Positions 36,201-41,875 of a stretch of DNA of 41,875 nt are shown in pieces. The notes beneath the pieces were generated by a model, which saw nothing but the letters and a program-made list of their open reading frames with translations, had not been told where the DNA came from and made no database searches. Location of the stretch: NCBI GenBank assembly GCA_016195295.1, contig JACPZV010000389.1, positions 1 to 41,875 of the forward strand, read 5' to 3'. A program made the position numbers and the translations under genes. The first letter of the stretch is position 1. Each line of letters starts with the position of its first letter. The DNA is from Acidobacteriota bacterium. Lineage in GTDB: Bacteria > Acidobacteriota > Vicinamibacteria > Vicinamibacterales > CAVVIG01.

Positions 36201-38985
36201 CGCGATGCTGCGGCCCGAAGAGCACACGGCCATGGTGCCGCACGACGAGCGTGAGCGTCTCGAGAACCTGTTCAAGGGTGAGTCCGACGCCGTGAACGCG
36301 TTCGTCTGTACGCCAACGCTCGAGCTGGGCGTTGATATCGGGCAGCTCGATGCGGTCCTGATGAGGAACGTTCCACCACGGTCCGCGAACTACTGGCAGC
36401 GCGCGGGGCGGGCCGGCCGGCGCCATCGCATGGCTGTAGACCTCACGTACTGCCGGCCAGTGTCGCACGACCGCGCGTACTTCGCCGACCCATTGAAGCT
36501 GCTGGCCGGGCGCATCGATCCACCTGCGTTCAACCTGCGCAACGACCTGATGGTCGCCAAACACGTGCACGCGACGGTCGTGACGCGGCTGCATCAGTAC
36601 GCGCGAGACCCGGCTCGCACCGAGGTCGAGCGGCGAAGCATCGAAGAGACGCTGCAGCGCTGCCTGCCGAATCAGGTGTCGGCCTGGTTGTTCGAGGACG
36701 GCCTTGTCAGAGAGCGGCCATTCGATCTCACGCCTCTCCGGACACTGATCGACAGCAACGTTGACGACCTCGTGGAGTACGTCGAAGGCGCATTCCGCCA
36801 GGGCTGGCCGAAGGCGGATGCGGAGGTCACGACGCCCGAAGAACTGCGCGCGCACGTCACGAGCATGGTCGACGGCCTCGGCGAGATTCTCGCGCGCCTG
36901 GTGCGCCGCCTTCGCTGGGCGATGGCTCAGATCAAACGGCTCAACGTGGTTCGCGAGCGGCAGGGCGACCTCGATGCCGAAGACGAGGCGCTGTTCCGCC
37001 GGTGCGGCGCTCTCGTCAAGCGCCTCAAGGGGACGGAACGTCGAACGCGGCGCGAGGCCGAGGGTTACGACGATGCGAACACGTTTGCCGTGCTGGCGGC
37101 CGAGGGTTTCCTGCCGGGCTACGGCCTCGAGGTCGGATCCGTCCTCGGCACGGCAGAGATTCCTTACTGGCGTACCGGTGCCATGGAGTTCGTGCTGCCG
37201 CGATCGGCCAGCGTGGCGTTGCGCGAGTACGTGCCGGGCAATCTCATCTACGCGAACGGGAACAAGTTCGTCGCGCGGCGATTCCACCGGGACATCGACG
37301 AGCAGCGCGCCGAAATGCCGGCGTTCGAGGTGTCAGTCGAGCGACAAGCCGTCAAGGAAACGAACGCCGGCGGGCCGACGTCTGGACTCGGCTCGCAAGT
37401 CCTGCAGACGATTGCCGTCTGCGACGTCGACCTCGTCCACCAGTCGCACATCTCGGATGACGAGGAGTTGCGCTTTCAGATGGGCGTCTCGGTTTTCGGG
37501 TTGGAGCGCGACCAGCACAATGGCGGCCGCGCCTGGCGCTGGGGAGAGCAGGCGCTCCACCACCGGCGCGGCGTGCGGCTGCGTCTCGTCAACGTCGGAG
37601 CGACTCGGGCGATCGGGCAGCAGCAACTCTTCGGTTATCCGATCTGCACGGTGTGCGGCCAAAGCATCTCGCCTCTCTCGTCGGACAAGCAGTGGGAGCA
37701 CTTCGAGACGTCGCACCGGGACCGGTGCGGCCGGGAACCTGAACCCGTTGGGTTCTACGCGGACGTCGTCGCCGATGTGCTGTCTCTCCCGGCCTGCGCG
37801 AATCAGAAAACCGCATACAGCGTGCTCGAGGCGCTGCGGTTCGCCGCGACCCAGGTGCTCGACATGCACATGGAGGATCTGCAGATCCTGGTCATCGGCC
37901 ACGTCGATCGCGACGAGGTCGATGGACTCCTCTGGGATCCAATGCCTGGAGGGTCGGGACTGCTCGACCAGATGTGCGAGCGCTTCGATGAGATCGTCGC
38001 GGCGGCGCGGGAAGTCGTGGAGGGTTGTCCGTCGGCCTGCGAGACGTCGTGCATCGACTGCCTTCAGACGTTCCGTAATGGCTATTACCACAAGTATCTG
38101 GACAGAAAGGTGGCGGTCGATCGGCTATCGGTCTGGGGCGATCGACTTTCGGTCTCTCACGACATTCCGCCGAAGCAGCCTTCGCAGGAGCCAGGCGAAG
38201 GCACCCATCCGGTCAATGAGGCGGAGCGGCGTCTTCGACATCTTCTCGGTGCCGCAGGTTTTGAGGAAGGGATCCGAGGCGAGCCGCTTCGTTTGGATCG
38301 CAGCATCGGCACGACGACCCCCGACGTTATCTATCGAGCAGCACATCATGGTCTCGAAGAGGGGATCTGCATCTATCTGGATGGACTCAGCCGGCACCTC
38401 CATGGGAACCCTGCGACCGCCGATCAGGACCAGCGCATCCGAAGCTGGCTCCGCAACAACGGGTTTGAGGTCATTGAGATCGCAGTCAGCGACCTCTACG
38501 ACGACGGCGCGATGACACGGCACTTCAGAAAACTTGCGGGGTATCTCGGCGCCAATGAGCTGCGGGATCGGCTTCGTACGAACACGTCATGGTTCTCGAA
38601 GGTGGCTGACGCGTCCGACACGTCGGCCCGGTTCGAGCCGCGGCGCGTTCAACCGCGTCCCGGGGAGCATTACCGGCATTGCGTGCCACTGGTGCCTCTT
38701 AAGGCTGGCTCGTATTGCCTCTTTGCGGCACCAGTCGAGGGATCCAGACAGGGCAAGACGGTGTTGGTGCAACTGCGCAAGGAGAAAGACCCCGAAACGG
38801 GCGAGCGCTATACGGTGAAGCGGTACTCCAGCGAGAAGGCGACCTCGCCTGACGGGACGTGGCGGCACGTGAAAATCACCCTCACGCCGAATAATCCGAT
38901 CTTTCAACCGGTGGAACTAACCACCGATGACGACGGCAGCGTCGGAGTCGTCGCCGAACTGGTTGAAGTGCTCACGAATCGCTAG
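33201..38985 (+). CDS. Very large DEAH helicase + DUF1998/MZB + Vsr/DUF559-like PD-(D/E)xK nuclease + truncated S24/LexA-like C-terminal domain (frameshifted as given, ~1.9 k aa)
   Basis: TGTGSGKTECF, VYPMNALAEDQ, LLTNVKQLELLLTRQRD, FDEAHTF, VATSATI, WQRAGRAGRR, EGFLPGYGLEVGSV, CPSACETSCIDCLQTFRNGYYHKYLDR. The nuclease-like segment is TTPDVIY...ICIYLDGLSRHLHG...DQRIRSWLRNNGFEVIEI. The tail is CVPLVPLKAG|SYCLF..GSRQGKTVLVQ...YTVKRY. ORFs 33201..35387 and 34915..38985 join at GG 35011-35012, which restores the zinc ribbon CRRCG...CLHC. The ATG lies 3 nt after the AbiEii stop. Confidence 0.85.
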
Positions 38986-39136
38986 GAGCGCGTCCGAGAA
39001 ATCTCAACACGCTCCCTAGAAAAACTGCGACAAGATGGCTTTCCAAAAAGCGAAGGCTGAACACCTGGGTGTGCGATAAGAGTTCTGGCTGTTTGACAGA
39101 GCCGACTGGTCACCGTACGCTGACAGTCTACTTCCT

Positions 39137-39178
39137 CCCCGCCGGACACGCCGCAAGGCCCCGGCGGGGTTATTTTTT
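39137..39178 (+). terminator. Rho-independent terminator candidate downstream of the helicase array
   Basis: The stem CCCCGCCGG (39137-39145) pairs with CCGGCGGGG (39161-39169) and is followed by TTATTTTTT. Confidence 0.6.
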
Positions 39179-39189
39179 GTCGGCAGTCC

Positions 39190-39650
39190 ATGCCGCCATT
39201 CGAACCCCCAACCAAGCGAGCCGTCGCGTTCATCGACGGGCAGAATCTGTTCTTATACGAGCATTCCAGACAGTTCGGACAATCCATTTTTGGAATCACT
39301 TCTGGGCTGGCAAACTGCTTCATCTCAGTCGCCAGGGCGTCCACGTGTTCAGCCGTTCGCTGCGCTACCGTAACAAGACGGTCAAGCTGCCGGACGGCTC
39401 GATGCACGCCTTCCTGACGGCCGAGGAGAAAGGGATCGACGTCCGCATCGCCATCGACATCATTCGACTCGCGCATCGAGGCAAATACGACGTGGCGCTG
39501 CTGTTCAGCCAAGACCAGGACTTGTCAGAGCTTTGCGCGGAGATTCGAACGATCGCGAAGGAGCAGGCCCGCCGGATCAAGATCGACCGCGCGACGTTCG
39601 ATAAGTGTCTCGACCCGCGTGATTATCGACCGAAGGCGAGTCGACCCTGA
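39190..39650 (+). pseudogene. NYN/LabA-like (DUF88) domain protein, frameshifted at a T5 run
   Basis: KRAVAFIDGQNLF (frame 1) and EEKGIDVRIAIDIIRLAHRGKYDVALLFSQDQDL (frame 0) are the NYN acidic motifs. The frames join at TTTTT 39287-39291 if one T is added. The region is AT-richer. Confidence 0.65.
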
Positions 39651-39651
39651 A

Positions 39652-39700
39652 GTCCGGCTGAAGCCGGACGCTACTGGGCCGGGTCCAAAAGGACCGGCCC
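39652..39700. terminator. Two tandem GC-rich hairpins between convergent genes; the first is copy 2 of the repeat at 20770
   Basis: GTCCGGC-TGAA-GCCGGAC (39652-39669) and GGGCCGGGTCC-AAAA-GGACCGGCCC (39676-39700). No clear T-run follows either. Confidence 0.45.
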
Positions 39701-39720
39701 ACTACTGGGGGTTGGTGATC

Positions 39721-39785
39721 GAGGAATTGAGGATCCGGGCTTGAGGCACTTCCTCAAATCCTCAGATCCTCAAATCCTCAAATCC
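39721..39785. repeat. Octanucleotide tandem repeat (TCCTCARA x4) that pairs with an upstream inverted arm
   Basis: The units lie at 39751-39782. GAGGAATTGAGGATC (39721-39735) is complementary to GATCCTCAAATCCTC (39765-39779) with one mismatch. A nested TTGAGG/CCTCAA hairpin is present. Confidence 0.6.
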
Positions 39786-39791
39786 GATCGT

Positions 39792-41875
39792 CTAGAACAA
39801 CACGCTGAATCCAACCCGCATGATTCTCGGCGCGACGAACCCCTGCGGATACAGGTACGTGCTGCCGACGACGTTATTCCACGCCGTGATCGTGTAGGCG
39901 TTCGTCAGATTGTAGATGTCGAACTGCGGTGAAATCCGCCGCTGCCCGAACTTGAAGGAGCGAGAAAAGCGCAGGTCGACGAGTGTCACGTTGGGATACC
40001 GCTCGTCGCCTCGTTCGCTGAGCAGAATCGTTTGCGACGCCCGCGTCAGCGCGACGCCGGCCGCCGCGGCCGTCGCGCGGCTCAGCGAGTACGTCGACAC
40101 GACCGGGTAGCCATTGTTCGACACCAGGCTCCCCGCGACGCTGATGTCGTAGGGCAACACGTAGCTGCCCGAGAGCCGGAACGCGGCCTTCGAGTCGTTG
40201 CCGATGATCCCGTTCGGGAACACCAGGAGGTTGGGATCGTTCAGGTCGGCCGTGCCCGACTGTCCGCCGGCCGCGTTGACGCCGCCGGTGTTCTTGCCGA
40301 AGGTCAGGCCCGCCACCATCTGCCACCGTTGGGAGAACCGCTTGGCCGCAGTGAACTCGACGCCCTGATACTTGGTGTCGAGGTACGGCTGGTTGTCGAG
40401 GACGCTGTTCTGAAGGCCGTTGAACGCCGCTTGCAGGTTGTAGACGGTCACCGACGCCGACTTGGGCGCGGCAATCGTTCCGCCTGGTCCATTCGGCACG
40501 TTGAACGTGAACGGCGTGTAGGCACTCGACGGCACGAGGGTGTTCGTCGTGCCGATCTGATTGCGGTTCGTCCGGTAGTAGTACATCACGCCGACGCGCA
40601 TGTTGCGCATCACCTCGCGCTCGACGCCCGCGGTGACTTCATCGGAGTACGGCCAGCTCGGGCCGTTCGCGCCGGCGTAGCGCACGCTGAGGCCGGGAAA
40701 CCCGCTGCACTGGCTCTGCTGGATCTCGCTCGTCTCCGCGATGCCGTTGCCGTTCGGATCGGTCCACGGGCAGGTCTGCGACGTCGCGCTGAGCGGGTTC
40801 ACGTTGGTCACGCGATCGATGCCGACCTGCAGGCCGTACCGGCTGTAGCTGGCTTTGACCGCGGTGCGGCCGTCCGCCATGGGATCGAAGGACACGCCGG
40901 TGCGCCAAACGGCGATGTTCTGACCGATCGGCTGCGAGGCGTCGAAGGTCTGCGGCCCGACGAACTGTCGCTGCCCCGCGGATTGCGCCGGAAGCATCCC
41001 GGCGTTGTGATCGAACCGGAAGCCAAGGTTCAGCGTCAGCCGCCGGCCCACCGACCAGGCGTCCTGAACGAAGAATCCGGTGAGGTTTTCTTTGTTGATC
41101 GAATCGGTGGGCGTGTTGAATTCGCGAACGGACGTGGCCCGGCCGTTGTTGTAGAGCAGGTACATGTTGCCCTGCACCTCGTAGCGGCTCTCGTACGACA
41201 GCCGTGCGTGCTGCACGCCGGCCTTTAGCAAGTGATCGCCGCCGAGCCCCGACGCGCTGTAGGACACCGTGTTGTCGAACTGCAGCCGGGAATTTGGCTG
41301 TTCCTCGTGCCGCGTCGCCGCGAAGTTGAAAATGCCGAGGGTCGAATCCTCCACGCGGATGGCGTTCGCGGGTGTGTCCGGCTGGTACATGTAGTTCGTC
41401 TGGCCGTCCATGACGCTGAACGACGATTCGAACACGAGCTTGTTGCGAATGCCCGTGTACTTCGCCTGGGTCGAGGACGCGGGGTTGGTCTGCACCAGCG
41501 CCGCGATATCAGGAATGATGTCGCTCGAATCGCGGCGGTGGCCGCGAATCTTGTTGTTCCAGTTGTACGAGAACACCCACTTCTGATTGGAGGACGCCGA
41601 GAACACCGCCTTGCCGGAATAGTTCTTCAAGGTGTTGTCATCGAGCGCCTGCGTCCGATTGGCGTCGAGGTTTCTGGAGTTCACCAGCTTGTCGACGATC
41701 CAGTAGCGATACGACCCGTTCACCCAGAGGCGGTCCTTGACGAGCGCGCCCCCGCCCGCGATGTTGAAGTCGTACGTGGTCTTCGTCGGGTTGCCGGGGT
41801 ACGGCCGGCCGTCAGGCCCAAGCTTCGGGAACACACCGTCATCGATCCCGTTCTGCACGTTGTCGCTCTCGAGAC
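39792..41875 (-). CDS. TonB-dependent receptor-like outer-membrane beta-barrel, C-terminal part; the 5' end lies outside the window
   Basis: The frame stays open to the window edge. It shows a long amphipathic beta-strand pattern, ends in the aromatic residue ...RVGFSVLF, and is similar in style to 9997..12771. Confidence 0.85.
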   Translation of the reverse strand, partial: LESDNVQNGIDDGVFPKLGPDGRPYPGNPTKTTYDFNIAGGGALVKDRLWVNGSYRYWIVDKLVNSRNLDANRTQALDDNTLKNYSGKAVFSASSNQKWVFSYNWNNKIRGHRRDSSDIIPDIAALVQTNPASSTQAKYTGIRNKLVFESSFSVMDGQTNYMYQPDTPANAIRVEDSTLGIFNFAATRHEEQPNSRLQFDNTVSYSASGLGGDHLLKAGVQHARLSYESRYEVQGNMYLLYNNGRATSVREFNTPTDSINKENLTGFFVQDAWSVGRRLTLNLGFRFDHNAGMLPAQSAGQRQFVGPQTFDASQPIGQNIAVWRTGVSFDPMADGRTAVKASYSRYGLQVGIDRVTNVNPLSATSQTCPWTDPNGNGIAETSEIQQSQCSGFPGLSVRYAGANGPSWPYSDEVTAGVEREVMRNMRVGVMYYYRTNRNQIGTTNTLVPSSAYTPFTFNVPNGPGGTIAAPKSASVTVYNLQAAFNGLQNSVLDNQPYLDTKYQGVEFTAAKRFSQRWQMVAGLTFGKNTGGVNAAGGQSGTADLNDPNLLVFPNGIIGNDSKAAFRLSGSYVLPYDISVAGSLVSNNGYPVVSTYSLSRATAAAAGVALTRASQTILLSERGDERYPNVTLVDLRFSRSFKFGQRRISPQFDIYNLTNAYTITAWNNVVGSTYLYPQGFVAPRIMRVGFSVLF

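Noticed and set aside
38982-39512. 176-aa minus-strand ORF overlapping the NYN gene.
   Set aside because: It is antisense to clear NYN motifs on the + strand, it has no motifs, and its start runs through the terminator hairpin.
20770-39674. Reading the two 23-nt direct repeats as att sites of an integrated island.
   Set aside because: I saw no integrase, tRNA or transposase in the window. The interval includes a core-like high-GC BNR gene. The unit is a hairpin at gene ends, as REP/terminator elements are. I kept it only as a low-priority check.
39751-39785. Possible CRISPR or other spacer-repeat array.
   Set aside because: The units are 8 nt and contiguous with no spacers. No cas genes are present.

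Overview
This is a high-GC chromosomal segment. Its gene content suggests Acidobacteriota: an ADOP-type FtsX permease, a TIGR02999-like ECF sigma/Ser-Thr kinase/PD40 propeller protein, and CarboxypepD_reg TonB-dependent receptors. That taxonomic call is inference from gene content only. Ordinary envelope and periplasmic genes (amidohydrolase, class V aminotransferase, GH31, MBL hydrolase, BNR/sortilin-like protein, MddA-like methyltransferase) are interspersed with many toxin-antitoxin and defence elements: VapBC, RES-Xre, two Phd/YefM antitoxins (one next to a decayed VapC, one orphan), an orphan BglII-like nuclease and a NYN gene.

The most interesting region is a same-strand, tightly coupled gene array of about 14.7 kb at 24241-38985:
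- one or two unannotatable proteins;
- a 1570-aa DEAH + DUF1998/MZB (YprA/MrfA-like) helicase;
- AbiEi and AbiEii;
- a second helicase of about 1.9 k aa from the same family, carrying a C-terminal Vsr/DUF559-like nuclease and a truncated S24/LexA-like domain.

This array resembles Druantia and DISARM-related architectures but lacks their canonical partner genes. I consider it a candidate new composite defence system.

At least six genes are interrupted by 1-nt indels at short G/C/T runs. This may be a sequencing artefact rather than true pseudogenisation. I recognised no rRNA, tRNA or CRISPR array.
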